From the sequence record MW650886.1: 64,000 bases of DNA; one strand, given 5' to 3'. Positions 48,345-58,776 of this stretch are shown here, piece after piece. Within the stretch, counting starts at the first letter, position 1. Each line of letters starts with the position of its first letter. The stretch is from Escherichia phage vB_EcoM-ZQ1. Under the pieces are notes generated by a model. That model ran no database searches. It was not told the origin of the DNA and saw nothing but the letters and a program-made list of their open reading frames with translations. The position numbers and the translations under genes are program-made.

Positions 48345-48346
48345 TT

Positions 48347-48559
48347 ATGATCACTTCAGGTTACACCATCGATCTTTATTGTGAATGCTCAGATTGCAAG
48401 GCATGCAGTTGGGCTTGGGAAGAGCATCACACCAAGCGCGGGTTCAAACAATACACTGGTGAGACTTGGGGTGATTGTGTCAGGCAGGCTCGGGCTGATG
48501 GTTGGCAAATCGGGCGCGACAGACATACCTGTTACGCCCCTGGTCACAAGAGAAGTTAA
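48347..48559 (+). CDS. Hypothetical small Cys-containing protein
   Basis: 70-aa ORF. Confidence 0.4.
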   Translation: MITSGYTIDLYCECSDCKACSWAWEEHHTKRGFKQYTGETWGDCVRQARADGWQIGRDRHTCYAPGHKRS

Positions 48560-49170
48560 GGTAAGAGCAGTCCATCATCCCGCTCCGTTGGGGCGGGTTT
48601 AATCTCCTTCCGCATCTGTTCCTTCAGCACCCTGACACGCTCAGCATGGCGACGGTCTTGCATCTCCATATCCCGTTTCTTTTTCGACTTCAGCTCAAAC
48701 TGTTTACGAACATCCGGATCTTCACCCGGAACAAGATGCTCTTCGGTCCATATAATGAACTTCCAGTTCTTCTTGGCACACAGTTCGCGGGTGGCCTCCC
48801 ACTTGGCAGAGTTGACCAACCAGGTTCGCATCGCATTGTTGAATGTCGACTCCTTCATGTTCGGAGTCTTCTTCGGCTGCTTGATCTGGTCTTTGGGCTT
48901 GATCTCAATGAGGGTGACCTGTAGTTCCTCTTGCCCTTCACGGCGCGTCCAGACCTTGAGGTCCATGAAGTAACGATGGGTGCGCCCGTCGACTGGGGAA
49001 ATGTAAGGGATTACGGTCTCCTCACTAGACCACTTTACTATCGCGGAGTTCATATCACAGAACTTGAAAGCCACCAACTCCAGCGAAGAGCGGAAGATGA
49101 TGTTATTCACATTCCCCTGATACTTCTTGGGATTAACTGGGGTGTACTTCCCCTGAAGATAGTTGCTCAT
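48556..49170 (-). CDS. Head completion protein-like (T4 gp4-like), tentative
   Basis: N-terminus MSNYLQGKYTPVNPKKYQGNVNNIIFRSSLELVAFKF resembles the head-completion family as recalled; divergent from the downstream structural block as in T4. Confidence 0.4.
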   Translation of the reverse strand: MSNYLQGKYTPVNPKKYQGNVNNIIFRSSLELVAFKFCDMNSAIVKWSSEETVIPYISPVDGRTHRYFMDLKVWTRREGQEELQVTLIEIKPKDQIKQPKKTPNMKESTFNNAMRTWLVNSAKWEATRELCAKKNWKFIIWTEEHLVPGEDPDVRKQFELKSKKKRDMEMQDRRHAERVRVLKEQMRKEIKPAPTERDDGLLLP

Positions 49171-49179
49171 AATCTAGTC

Positions 49180-49186
49180 CTAAATA
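49180..49186 (+). promoter_or_regulatory. Late-promoter-like CTAAATA motif upstream of structural gene 49221
   Basis: TCCTAAATAGCTATAAC about 35 nt upstream of the ATG. Confidence 0.35.
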
Positions 49187-49220
49187 GCTATAACACTCTA
49201 TCTATTTAAGGGCTGAGACC

Positions 49221-50189
49221 ATGGCCGACTTCAAGAAGACAATCGATAAGATCAAGGTTCTGAACACGAAGGGATTGTCCCAGGCTCAGAAGCAATTGTC
49301 TTATCCCCTAGACGTTACTGGGGGTAAGACCTTGGGACACTATGTCCTATTCAACATCAACCGTATCTCCGGTTCATCTTATGGCAACACGGCTACTCAG
49401 ACTATCGAGAACCCAATACAGAACCCTCTGGGGAATACTCCTGTGGTCTATGGGTCCAAGTCTGGTTCCATCACCAAATATGCATGGGCGCGTCACGTTC
49501 GTTCAAACGAGTCTATCGTACTTTGTATGCCTGAGTCCATTACAACCAACTATGGTGTTGGCTGGAACGGTAGCGAGCTGGGGCTGGCTGGTATGGGGGC
49601 ACAGTTCCTTTCCCGCGCCGCCCAAGACATGACTCAGTTTAAACTGGGTGATGCGCTCAACGTCGGGAAGGAGATGGGGCGATTCGCTGCCACCAAGGCT
49701 ATCCAATCTGCGTCGGAGGCTATTCCATTCCTGCCGAGCATTAACGCTCATGACACCCTTGAGTTGTTCACAGGCACCATGACCAACCCATATGTGGAGA
49801 TGATCTTCCAGGGTGTTCGCAACCGTGAGATTCCATTTACATTCAAATTCACGCCGCGATCTCAGAAGGAAGCCAAGATGGTCCGTGAGATCATCCGCAT
49901 GTTCAAGATGCACATGTACCCAGAGTACAAGTACAACAAGAATTCCAGCGCGTTTTACTTGCATCCTTCAACATTCGACATTACGTTCATGGTCAATGGG
50001 GAGCGTAACCAGTGGCTGCACCGCATCTCCACTTGTGTGCTTTCCAACATGTTCGTCAACGAGACGCCGGACAGTTCATACGCGGTTCACAAAGATGATG
50101 GTATCGTGTCCACGCAGGTTGACATGACCTTCATCGAACTGGAGCCTCTGCATAAAGGGCGCTTTGAAACCGAAGGCGATAGCTTCTAA
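49221..50189 (+). CDS. Putative baseplate / tail-tube-initiator-like structural protein
   Basis: 322-aa ORF, first gene of a plus-strand late block; assignment by context and size only. Confidence 0.35.
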   Translation: MADFKKTIDKIKVLNTKGLSQAQKQLSYPLDVTGGKTLGHYVLFNINRISGSSYGNTATQTIENPIQNPLGNTPVVYGSKSGSITKYAWARHVRSNESIVLCMPESITTNYGVGWNGSELGLAGMGAQFLSRAAQDMTQFKLGDALNVGKEMGRFAATKAIQSASEAIPFLPSINAHDTLELFTGTMTNPYVEMIFQGVRNREIPFTFKFTPRSQKEAKMVREIIRMFKMHMYPEYKYNKNSSAFYLHPSTFDITFMVNGERNQWLHRISTCVLSNMFVNETPDSSYAVHKDDGIVSTQVDMTFIELEPLHKGRFETEGDSF

Positions 50190-50200
50190 GAGAGGATGCC

Positions 50201-50755
50201 ATGAAATATTTTGAGAAGTTTCCACTTGTTTGGCATCAATTGCAAGATGTCCAAGAGAATGATCAGGTGCTGTTACAGAACTTAACGCGCCGGGTGATGA
50301 TCTTACAGAAAATTAAGGACATCGAAGGGCTTCTCCTGCCGTATACGATCCAAGATGGGGAAACCCCAAGGTCTTTCGCAGAACGCGTTTACGGATCCTT
50401 CGAGTTGTTTTGGATACCTTGTCTGATAAACGGCATCATGGACATCAATAAGGACTGGCCGAAACCGGAACGCCGTATTGTTGAAGAACTGACTGCAGAT
50501 TATGGCATCGATGGTATGTGGGATACAGCCTATTATGTCGACCAGTTCAACAATGTGACCGACGCCCGTGCTATCAAATTTGCATATAACCTAGACCTGG
50601 ATGAGCCGTCCATAATTGCTAACTATGGTCTGACGGCAGTTTCATACCATGATGATGCAATCAGTAAGAATGAAGCCAAACGGAACATCCAAGTACTCGA
50701 CCCAGATTATGTGTCTTCGTTTGTCAATCAGCTGGAGCAGGAGTTGGCGAAATGA
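50201..50755 (+). CDS. Hypothetical structural protein
   Basis: 184-aa ORF within the late block. Confidence 0.35.
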   Translation: MKYFEKFPLVWHQLQDVQENDQVLLQNLTRRVMILQKIKDIEGLLLPYTIQDGETPRSFAERVYGSFELFWIPCLINGIMDINKDWPKPERRIVEELTADYGIDGMWDTAYYVDQFNNVTDARAIKFAYNLDLDEPSIIANYGLTAVSYHDDAISKNEAKRNIQVLDPDYVSSFVNQLEQELAK

Positions 50756-52140
50756 TCGAAAACAGAGAGACCCAAGACGGTATTGTAACACCGTCAACAA
50801 CATTTGACCTGAAGTATATGGCGATACTCCCTCATACACCCCAGGGCGGATCACCAACGCCATATGACCTGACGGCGTTGTTTGAGGAGTTCAACGTCTT
50901 CCAGGATCTGGGTCTTGAAGGGAAGTCATCTCCATCACTTACAGCCAATGTCTTGATAAAAGAGGGGTGGGACATTCTTGACACAATGCCTATCTTGGGT
51001 GGTGAAGAAGTTGTGGTGTCATTCAAGAGTCCGGCGGCCTCGGAATACACCACTCTCTCCCTGCGCGTAGCGCGTGTTGGGCGCGTAGCTGATGAGTCCA
51101 ACAGCTCGTCCAAGAAAGCATTCTGGTTGCACATGGTGACCACCGATGCCTATAAGGACAGCATGATCCGATGCTCCCTCGGTCTTGACGGTTCGTATTC
51201 TGACATGGCGAAGACAATCTTCAATCAGCTGGAGTCGCGCACCAAGTTCGAAGACATCGACCCGTCATATGGAATTCAAGAGCGGTTCGCCACCCCGCTC
51301 TGGCCTGTGCTGCGATCTATTGATTATATGGCGAGCCGTTCTTATGACGAATTGTTCATGCCATTCGTGTTCTATGAAGACTTCAATGGCTATCACTTCA
51401 AGAGCCTGACGACGTTGTTCAACCAGGGTAGCCAGTCATTGACAGCAGAAGAGAAGCAGGAACTAGCTCAGCAGAACAAGTTGTTCCGTGATCCTCAGGA
51501 CGCGCCGCTCATGCAGGATAACAACTTCAACTCTGAGCGCTTTATGCGCACGATCATCAAGGCAGAGAAGAAGCTGGCGCGTGACCAGTTCATGGCAAAC
51601 TACCGCGATGTCCTGGCAGTGAACGAGCGCGTCTACGACTTTGAGACCAAGACAGTCACCCCAACACAGCGCATCTATACTGAGTGGTTTGCAGAGACGG
51701 CTCACCTTGATCCGTTCCCGATGTTCTCAGATGAATTCAATCGTCAGAACGTCCGTTACATTGAAGCCCAGCCGGATGGAGCGGAGCAGATTGATTATGC
51801 TCGTCGTGTTATCAACTTCAGTCTTGCCAGCACTGTGATGCGCGTGTTGCTCGTTGGTGATAACCGCCTGAACGTCGGTCAGGTGTTCTACGTCGAAGAC
51901 CAGTCCAACCGTCCTAAGAAGAACGAAAACCTGGCAGAGTTAAGTAAGCTATCGACAGGCCACTATATCGTGACCAAAGTGCGTCACAAGATTTCCCGCC
52001 TGACCAAAGATTATCAGTGCATCGCTGAGATTGCCAAGGACAGTTTGCTGGAGCAGGTGCTTCCACCTCAGACCAATCAGACAACTGCTTCCACCACTAC
52101 TCCTCAGGCGATTGAGAAAGGCCAAGCACAGAAGGTTTAA
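50752..52140 (+). CDS. Putative baseplate hub protein (gp27 / gpD-like), tentative
   Basis: 462-aa ORF immediately upstream of the tape-measure-like gene. Confidence 0.3.
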   Translation: MIENRETQDGIVTPSTTFDLKYMAILPHTPQGGSPTPYDLTALFEEFNVFQDLGLEGKSSPSLTANVLIKEGWDILDTMPILGGEEVVVSFKSPAASEYTTLSLRVARVGRVADESNSSSKKAFWLHMVTTDAYKDSMIRCSLGLDGSYSDMAKTIFNQLESRTKFEDIDPSYGIQERFATPLWPVLRSIDYMASRSYDELFMPFVFYEDFNGYHFKSLTTLFNQGSQSLTAEEKQELAQQNKLFRDPQDAPLMQDNNFNSERFMRTIIKAEKKLARDQFMANYRDVLAVNERVYDFETKTVTPTQRIYTEWFAETAHLDPFPMFSDEFNRQNVRYIEAQPDGAEQIDYARRVINFSLASTVMRVLLVGDNRLNVGQVFYVEDQSNRPKKNENLAELSKLSTGHYIVTKVRHKISRLTKDYQCIAEIAKDSLLEQVLPPQTNQTTASTTTPQAIEKGQAQKV

Positions 52141-52151
52141 CGAGGTGACCC

Positions 52152-54098
52152 ATGGCACAGGAAGCAACGAACAATGATGTTGTCAAAGTTCTAGACAAGA
52201 TCAAGGCGGAGATGATGCAGCGCAAACAACTCCGCGCTCAGAATGAAACCAACAAACAGCTTGACCGGATGAACAAGAATCTGGCCAAGCTGGAATCTGC
52301 CACTAAACAGGGCACCAAGGCCGAGTCCAAGCCATTTGAAATCCGTATCCCGACAGTCAATGAGATCGTCATGGGATTCGCTCGCATGTCTCCGATCTTC
52401 ACCCGCGACTTCAGCGTATGGATGAAGGATACTGTCGATGTGGGTAACGAAGGCAATCGGGAACTGGAGAATATTGCAGGCAAGATTGACCGCCTCGGTG
52501 AGATCACCCGCATGCCAACAGATGACACGTCCCTGGAGTATCTTAACCTGATCTCAGACCAGCTGAAGTCTGCCAATGATGACACCCTCAAGCGCATGGA
52601 CGAGCAGAGTGTGTCTCTGGTCCGCGTGGGATCATTCTTGAACATGATCGACGGAGTGATGATCGAGGTTCGTGACGATGTTGCTGAACTGAAAAAGAAC
52701 TCCGATGACACCCTTACTCGATTGTCTAGCATTGAAAACAAGATTGGGCGCACGGGCGGTCATATCGTTGGAGTGCTGACACGCATCTTTGATGAAGACC
52801 AGAAGTGGCGTGAGAAGGACGAGATGCGCCGTGGGGAAACCGACAAAGAAACGGGTGGTCATCCTCAGGCGGGTTCTGTTATACCCAAAGACGATGACCA
52901 GAAAGACGATTCCTCCGGTATCGGGGCTGCTGTGGCGGCCATGCTTGGCCTGAATGCACTGAAGGGCTTCTTGCTCAAGCCGTTCAAGATCATCGGTGGT
53001 GTTGTCGGGACTTTCCTCGGCATGTTCTCCAAGCTGGGAGAAGGTATCACCAAACTTCTGGGTCCATTTGGGAAGGTGTTTAAGTTCCTGAAAGTCGGCC
53101 CACTGGCTCTCCTGTCTATGATCTGGGACTTCGGTAAAGGCTTCATTGATGCGAAGGAGATCCTGGGTAAAGGTGCTGTCACGATAGTTGACCGAGTACG
53201 GGCGGGGATATCAGAACTGGTTGGTGGATTTGGTGATCTATTTGACTGGGTGTCCAAGATCTTTGGCTTCGATACCAAGGCGGGAGAAACCCTGCGCAAA
53301 TACACCCTCATGATCACTGAGGCTCCCGCTCGTTGGCTGAATGGTATTATCGACTGGATTAGCAACGACTTGTTTGCAGGGATCGGGAGAGACACGTCTC
53401 TTACGGATATCCCTGGCAAGTTAGCAGACAACCTACAGTCCGAGTTGATGAAGCTGGTAGACTGGATCACAGGGGGTATCAGTAGTGTGATCGACGAGGG
53501 CATGGGTGTGGCCAACAAGGTCATTGACGATATCAAGAAGGGATTTGCCGAAAATGTGAAGAAACCTTTCTTCAACATGCTGAACACAATCACCAATGCG
53601 ATGTTCGATATCGTTGACAAGTTCGTCAGCATCATCCCTGACGCTCTGGGTGGACAGGCTGCGAAGCAGAAGATGGATGAGGCTCGCCAGTCTATGCTGA
53701 TTGACACTGATGAGAATCCATCTCCTAATGTGACAGAGACCCAGCAGCCACAGACGCCAGCACAACCGAACATCGATCCACAAACGCTGACTCCAATACC
53801 TTCTGGTGCGTCTTCGGATGACAAGAATATGACTAATGACCGCACCTCTCAGCTGAAAGCTGCGTATGGTTCTATCGGGGGTGGTACTCTGGGCGGGGCC
53901 ATGCCATCACAAGGGAGGGCGCTGTCTAATATTGAGCAAGTACAAGGCGGCTATTCACCGCCTCCAGCCAGCGTCGTGATGCCAGTACAGCAGAATGTGG
54001 ATGCTTCTAAGAGGATCAACACGACCAATAACTTCAACAGCTCATATCTTGAGCCTGAGAACAAAACAGATAATTCCCGCATCCTGTGGGAATGGTAA
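52152..54098 (+). CDS. Putative tail tape measure / hub protein
   Basis: 648 aa; N-terminal coiled-coil-like region and central Gly-rich hydrophobic region (GIGAAVAAMLGLNALKGFLL). Confidence 0.4.
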   Translation: MAQEATNNDVVKVLDKIKAEMMQRKQLRAQNETNKQLDRMNKNLAKLESATKQGTKAESKPFEIRIPTVNEIVMGFARMSPIFTRDFSVWMKDTVDVGNEGNRELENIAGKIDRLGEITRMPTDDTSLEYLNLISDQLKSANDDTLKRMDEQSVSLVRVGSFLNMIDGVMIEVRDDVAELKKNSDDTLTRLSSIENKIGRTGGHIVGVLTRIFDEDQKWREKDEMRRGETDKETGGHPQAGSVIPKDDDQKDDSSGIGAAVAAMLGLNALKGFLLKPFKIIGGVVGTFLGMFSKLGEGITKLLGPFGKVFKFLKVGPLALLSMIWDFGKGFIDAKEILGKGAVTIVDRVRAGISELVGGFGDLFDWVSKIFGFDTKAGETLRKYTLMITEAPARWLNGIIDWISNDLFAGIGRDTSLTDIPGKLADNLQSELMKLVDWITGGISSVIDEGMGVANKVIDDIKKGFAENVKKPFFNMLNTITNAMFDIVDKFVSIIPDALGGQAAKQKMDEARQSMLIDTDENPSPNVTETQQPQTPAQPNIDPQTLTPIPSGASSDDKNMTNDRTSQLKAAYGSIGGGTLGGAMPSQGRALSNIEQVQGGYSPPPASVVMPVQQNVDASKRINTTNNFNSSYLEPENKTDNSRILWEW

Positions 54099-54758
54099 TC
54101 AGACTCCGTGGGCTTGTATTAGCTCACGGAGTCTCTGTTTTGAATATGTGGTATCCTCATCCGGAACCACAGCATTCGTCTTCCTGAGCAAGAACGCCTC
54201 TGAGTTCCAGTAGATGTCATCACGCAGAATCGTATCGTATAGATGAATGAAACCAACGATCTTGTTCAGACCGACAAGGAACCAAATCGGGAACTTCTTG
54301 ATGATGATGTCTGTCAGCAACGGTGGATGACCTGTACCCGTCCCCTTGATGTACTCAATGAAGGTGCAGTTGCGCTCCCTTATGGCAGGGATCATCTCCC
54401 GCTCGAACTCCTCAAGGAAGTTATATGTAAAGTTCTCGTACAGCTTACGGTATTCATCATAATTGGCCTGAGCCTGGCGTGTAAGCAATGTCGTCACCCA
54501 GGTCTTGGGTGATTTGATGAAGTTGGCAATGATGTAGTTCTCTACCACTTCACCCTGTGATGACTCGAACCGACGGGCAAGGCGAGCAAACTGTTTGCAC
54601 ACGGCCTCCTTCGCCAAGAACGTCTCGAACTTGTAATTCATCGGTCCATACAAGCTGTAATCGAAGTCCTTAGTGGTGAAGTGCAGCTTGATCGCCATGA
54701 AGACACAGTAAACGTTGAACGCCCGCTCGAACTCCATCTTCTGCCACTCTGTTAGCAT
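54099..54758 (-). CDS. Hypothetical protein
   Basis: 219-aa ORF. Confidence 0.45.
   Translation of the reverse strand: MLTEWQKMEFERAFNVYCVFMAIKLHFTTKDFDYSLYGPMNYKFETFLAKEAVCKQFARLARRFESSQGEVVENYIIANFIKSPKTWVTTLLTRQAQANYDEYRKLYENFTYNFLEEFEREMIPAIRERNCTFIEYIKGTGTGHPPLLTDIIIKKFPIWFLVGLNKIVGFIHLYDTILRDDIYWNSEAFLLRKTNAVVPDEDTTYSKQRLRELIQAHGV
54101..54141 (+). terminator. Intrinsic terminator after the late block
   Basis: 10-bp stem AGACTCCGTG / CACGGAGTCT followed by CTGTTTTG; overlaps the 3' end of the convergent minus-strand ORF. Confidence 0.55.
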
Positions 54759-55006
54759 TTGCGTTCCTCTTCTTTAATAAATTGCAATAACTCTTCCATC
54801 AGCCCTTTCTTCTTGATGAACTGTAACACCAGGATGAAGCGACGGAAGGAGCGGGGGACAACACGATAACCCTTCGCCCAGTAGTTCACAACATTAGAAC
54901 AATCCAATAAACGAGCCAGCCCAGATTGTGACACCCCGAGGCTCAGCAGAACCTTGTACATGTACTTCTTGTCATTTACCGGAAGCTCTTTCATTCTTAA
55001 ACTCAT
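54752..55006 (-). CDS. Small HTH (XRE-like) DNA-binding protein, putative
   Basis: Segment LGVSQSGLARLLDCSNVVNYWAKG resembles a helix-turn-helix. Confidence 0.4.
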   Translation of the reverse strand: MSLRMKELPVNDKKYMYKVLLSLGVSQSGLARLLDCSNVVNYWAKGYRVVPRSFRRFILVLQFIKKKGLMEELLQFIKEEERKC

Positions 55007-55229
55007 GATATTTGTCCGCTAATGTCTTATAATATTTGTTAGGATTATACTCCTGTTTGGAATAGTGAAGAGTAAGGGAAGCACTCAGACCTAGGATAAT
55101 CACGACAACGAGCGCCTTGTGGTTATTGATCTCGGGAATAGCTATCCACACCAGCAACAACACAAGCGAGCTGATAATCAAGGACAGCAAGAACGTTAAT
55201 GCAATCACCAATGCGAATAGCTCGTCCAT
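54972..55229 (-). CDS. Small membrane protein
   Basis: 85 aa with two TM helices. Confidence 0.35.
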   Translation of the reverse strand: MDELFALVIALTFLLSLIISSLVLLLVWIAIPEINNHKALVVVIILGLSASLTLHYSKQEYNPNKYYKTLADKYHEFKNERASGK

Positions 55230-55459
55230 CAGATCACACCTCTTTGTGATTCTTCATCTTGCGGACAGTGCCCACAAACCCAAGATCCTTCCCGCAATGG
55301 GTGCAGATAGCATGGCAAGCATGGTTCTCACGATAGGTGCTGTGTTTGCAGCGCCATTGCTTGAACGCCGAACGGGCAACTGGGATCAAGGCGATCAAGA
55401 AGACGATGCCGGACATCTGAAGTTCAACCAAGAACTTCGCCCACCAGAAACTCATATAC

Positions 55460-56890
55460 TCACCCATTACCCTTCTCCAACAGGAATGCGATGTTTTCAA
55501 TGTACGCTTTCTGTATCGCATAGACTTCATCCAGTGTGTTGGCCACTTTCTTGTCAATGCGGACTTCTACAAGGCGAGGTAGGAACAAAGACTTCATCGC
55601 ATCATCTGTCTTATCCTGTACGCCATTGGAGAGCACTGCGGCGATTTTGCCAATGTAGTCGCCCTGGTTCTCCCACATATGGCGTCTCAGCTCATCTGAG
55701 ATCCCTGATACGCCAACAACAAGCAGGCTGTCGGAAGTTTTACAAATCAGTGAGCCAAAAGTCTTGGCGTGTTTGCCTTTCTTGTCGGCCTCGTTGAATC
55801 CCACGATTTCAAGGTCACACTCAACCTCCATCTTCAGCTTCAGACCTTCAGAAGAAGTACCATCTTCCCACGGCATGTCTGCGGCCTTACATATCGTGCC
55901 TTCTTCTTTGCGAGCCAGCGCGTCTTTGAAGTGGTCGACGGCTTCGGCAAATGAGTGAACAACACGAGTTTCTTGAACCTGAACCAGACCGTCGTCTTCA
56001 TCAAACAGTTGCTGGATGATATCGAAGCGGCGCTCATACGGGGTATCCACGCGTTGGGCGTTGAACCATTGTTCATACGGCACAACATCCCACACCCGGT
56101 AGATCACCCGATAACGATCTTCTAGGGGTTCTCCTGTCTGAATCACGCTGTTGAGTTTACCGTTACCGACAGCACGAGGCAGGATGGTATTCGACTTGAG
56201 GTCAACAACGAGAAGTTCACCATGGAACACACTCTCACCAATCCCCGTATCGTAGATCAGGTCTTTGAACACCAGTGAAAGGTTATCAACAGAACCACCT
56301 GCGATAAGGGAACCGGAGCGAGAGCGAATCTCAGGCTCTTTATTGTACCGACATATGATGTTGGCGAACATACCGTCTGACTTCAGCTGGCTGTAGACGC
56401 CACGCTTGAAGTCCATCTTCTTCAGCAGGTCAATTGTCATGTTGTCATAACGATGATACGGAAGAATGTTGATCAGGCGTCCAGTGCCTCCGGCGGCGTT
56501 GAATGCAGCGTTGATACCCTTCTCAGCGATACCCGCCTTGATATCACGGTCTAGGATCATCTGAATGAGTTCGTGGTATTGGGGATCCATCTTCAGGGCG
56601 ACAGAGGCCAACAGGGCATCAGCCTTTTGGCCACTGACAAGGCGCTGTGCCATCTGGTCGAGGACGTCATAGACTTCGCTGATGTCATCAGTCTTCTCAC
56701 GGACGAGCATGCGAGGGTACGCGCTGAGCTTCAACTCAGTCCGATAGAACGACGTCATTGGGTCATAGACATACTGCAGGAAGTCTGCCAAGTCTGGGTT
56801 GTTCTTGAATGCTTCGGTCAGCACGGCTTTCTTCGCATTGCTGCCTTTGGTTTCGCGAAGTCGGTGGACTGTTTCAAGGATAGGGATCAT
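55460..56890 (-). CDS. ATP-dependent DNA ligase (T4 gp30-like)
   Basis: Adenylation motif KSDGMFA (KxDG) and ligase-like C-terminal region; 476 aa. Confidence 0.75.
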   Translation of the reverse strand: MIPILETVHRLRETKGSNAKKAVLTEAFKNNPDLADFLQYVYDPMTSFYRTELKLSAYPRMLVREKTDDISEVYDVLDQMAQRLVSGQKADALLASVALKMDPQYHELIQMILDRDIKAGIAEKGINAAFNAAGGTGRLINILPYHRYDNMTIDLLKKMDFKRGVYSQLKSDGMFANIICRYNKEPEIRSRSGSLIAGGSVDNLSLVFKDLIYDTGIGESVFHGELLVVDLKSNTILPRAVGNGKLNSVIQTGEPLEDRYRVIYRVWDVVPYEQWFNAQRVDTPYERRFDIIQQLFDEDDGLVQVQETRVVHSFAEAVDHFKDALARKEEGTICKAADMPWEDGTSSEGLKLKMEVECDLEIVGFNEADKKGKHAKTFGSLICKTSDSLLVVGVSGISDELRRHMWENQGDYIGKIAAVLSNGVQDKTDDAMKSLFLPRLVEVRIDKKVANTLDEVYAIQKAYIENIAFLLEKGNG

Positions 56891-57004
56891 GTGGTGTCTC
56901 CAGGGTTATATGTGCTGCTATTATAACCCTGGGGACTTCAATAGATTATTGGTGGGTGTGGGATCTTGCTTAGCCGATAATGACCGCAAATGTTTCTGTA
57001 TCCA

Positions 57005-57565
57005 TCATGAACCCTCCGCCCAGACAAAGCCGTATTTGTTCAGTAGATCCACGGTTTCACCACGAGCGCGAGCCACGATAGATTCTACTGATTCTTCCAC
57101 CTCGAGTGGTGGGCAACCAGCCTTTTCGTACGTGTTAAGCAAGAGAGCAAGTTCTTTTACGAACTCTTCTTGTTCCTCTCCTCCAAAGAACCACATCCGC
57201 AGATCGTCGCGTTCCCCGTGCTTGTTCAGAGAAGCCATATTCACGTACACGTAATCGTTTTTCTGAACAACGTCATTTATCTCCGGCCAATGCAACCCAG
57301 TCATCGCATAATTGAAGAATTCCGAAGGGGTGACTTCATCCGACAAATAATACAAACGGAAGTCACCGCTGGGGCCATGTTTGCAAGTTCTATCCAGCAT
57401 TATTTTGTGGATGTCAACACGGTCTCGCTTCAAGACTTCCCGTTTCTTCAGTCGACCTCTCAGCCAGGCACTGCCAATACACAAAAGAACGAAAGCAGTA
57501 GCACCAGTGAGTATGTTGAAAGAATCAATAATGTTCATAAGATCCCCGAAGTGATAAAGGGGCAT
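57005..57565 (-). CDS. Membrane-anchored hypothetical protein
   Basis: 186 aa with N-terminal TM helix (ILTGATAFVLLCIGSAWL). Confidence 0.45.
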   Translation of the reverse strand: MPLYHFGDLMNIIDSFNILTGATAFVLLCIGSAWLRGRLKKREVLKRDRVDIHKIMLDRTCKHGPSGDFRLYYLSDEVTPSEFFNYAMTGLHWPEINDVVQKNDYVYVNMASLNKHGERDDLRMWFFGGEEQEEFVKELALLLNTYEKAGCPPLEVEESVESIVARARGETVDLLNKYGFVWAEGS

Positions 57566-57579
57566 AAGCCCCTCCGATG

Positions 57580-58188
57580 TTATTTGCTCAGGCTGGCGAG
57601 GTAGTTGTCGGCTTCGATAGACGACGGGCTGTTGGCGGAGTAGCTCGAATCAGCGATTTCGGTTTCGCGCAGGATGGCATCGATATCGATGGTGGTCATA
57701 CCAGCGGCATAATCGATATCTTCAGGGAGCACCAGACCCAGGTCGTTCGTCTCTTTCTGAACACGAACCAGCTCGAGATTGGACTTGACTTCGTCCAGTT
57801 TGTCACCCAGCTGGATGATCGCACCGTTCAGTTTGTCGCTGCTTGCTTCGATGTCCTTCACCTGAGCCAACAGGGCTTCACCGATACGGCGGCGATGCAG
57901 AATAATCAGGGCGTCGGCGCGGGTTGGTGTGACACCACGAGCGATGGCGTCCTTCAGAACTTCTTCGCGCTTGGCGGCTTCACTCAGGTTCTGTTCTGCG
58001 GTCTTCTTCAGTTTGACGCCGTTGCGGACGTTGGTGACACGGGCTTCCTCCAGGCGACGGATTTCGTCAGACAGCTTGCGAGCAGCCAGGTTCAGGCGCT
58101 TTTCGGTGTCGGTCAGTTTATCCAGACCTGCGGTGACGTTGGCTTCAACAGTGGTGAAGATGCGTTTCAGTAAGTTTTTCAGTGACAT
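57580..58188 (-). CDS. PspA / IM30-family (ESCRT-III-like) coiled-coil protein
   Basis: N-terminus LKRIFTTVEANVTAGLDKLTDTEKRLNLAARKLSDEI parallels the PspA N-terminal helix; heptad-rich throughout; 202 aa. Confidence 0.5.
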   Translation of the reverse strand: MSLKNLLKRIFTTVEANVTAGLDKLTDTEKRLNLAARKLSDEIRRLEEARVTNVRNGVKLKKTAEQNLSEAAKREEVLKDAIARGVTPTRADALIILHRRRIGEALLAQVKDIEASSDKLNGAIIQLGDKLDEVKSNLELVRVQKETNDLGLVLPEDIDYAAGMTTIDIDAILRETEIADSSYSANSPSSIEADNYLASLSK

Positions 58189-58205
58189 CAGTGTGTAGTC
58201 CTCAG

Positions 58206-58547
58206 TTATTTCTTCGGGGGTTCAATTGAGGTGAAAGAATCCTTCCAACTCTTGAATTTTTCAACTAGGGCTTCTTCACCCAGCTCGTCATTTGACACGC
58301 TGTGAATATAGGCGAATGCTCCATAGCCGGATCCTGGCATAGCCTTGCAGATGCGCAGACTGACCAAAGAATCTCCTACGGAAACAAGATAGTGGTCACG
58401 ACGATTGTTCAGGGCATAGTGGTTGTCATGAAACTTGTCGATAACAACACAGTTCTGAGGTTCGACGTCAATCGGTAGCCCGTTGGCTTCGGATCCACCG
58501 CGCCCAAGCACGCAGCCTGGGAATAATGTTTCTACGAGTGTGGTCAT
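58206..58547 (-). CDS. Hypothetical protein
   Basis: 113-aa ORF. Confidence 0.45.
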   Translation of the reverse strand: MTTLVETLFPGCVLGRGGSEANGLPIDVEPQNCVVIDKFHDNHYALNNRRDHYLVSVGDSLVSLRICKAMPGSGYGAFAYIHSVSNDELGEEALVEKFKSWKDSFTSIEPPKK

Positions 58548-58776
58548 GGTCTGTTCCTTCTGTAAGTTCCCATGTATTATATGGGTGAATCGTTTAATGA
58601 ATTATTTGTTATGGAAACCCAGAGCCTTGTAGACTTCTTCACGATTTTAATTTCGGCCTGAGCCTCTGTGTGATTAATCCGGCGCTTGTGTTGTCGGGCG
58701 TCAATGGCATCGATTAGACAACGGATCTCAGCGCATCAGGGGCTTACCCAACAGCCAGTTGAAATACTCGCGCATG

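Noticed and set aside
52865-53845. 326-aa minus-strand ORF inside the tape-measure-like gene
   Set aside because: Antisense to a long plus-strand structural gene; low-complexity composition typical of a shadow frame.
57577-58173. 198-aa plus-strand ORF overlapping the PspA-like gene
   Set aside because: The minus-strand frame has a PspA-like N-terminus and a terminator-defined unit; the plus frame is Gly/Ala/Val-rich with no start signal.
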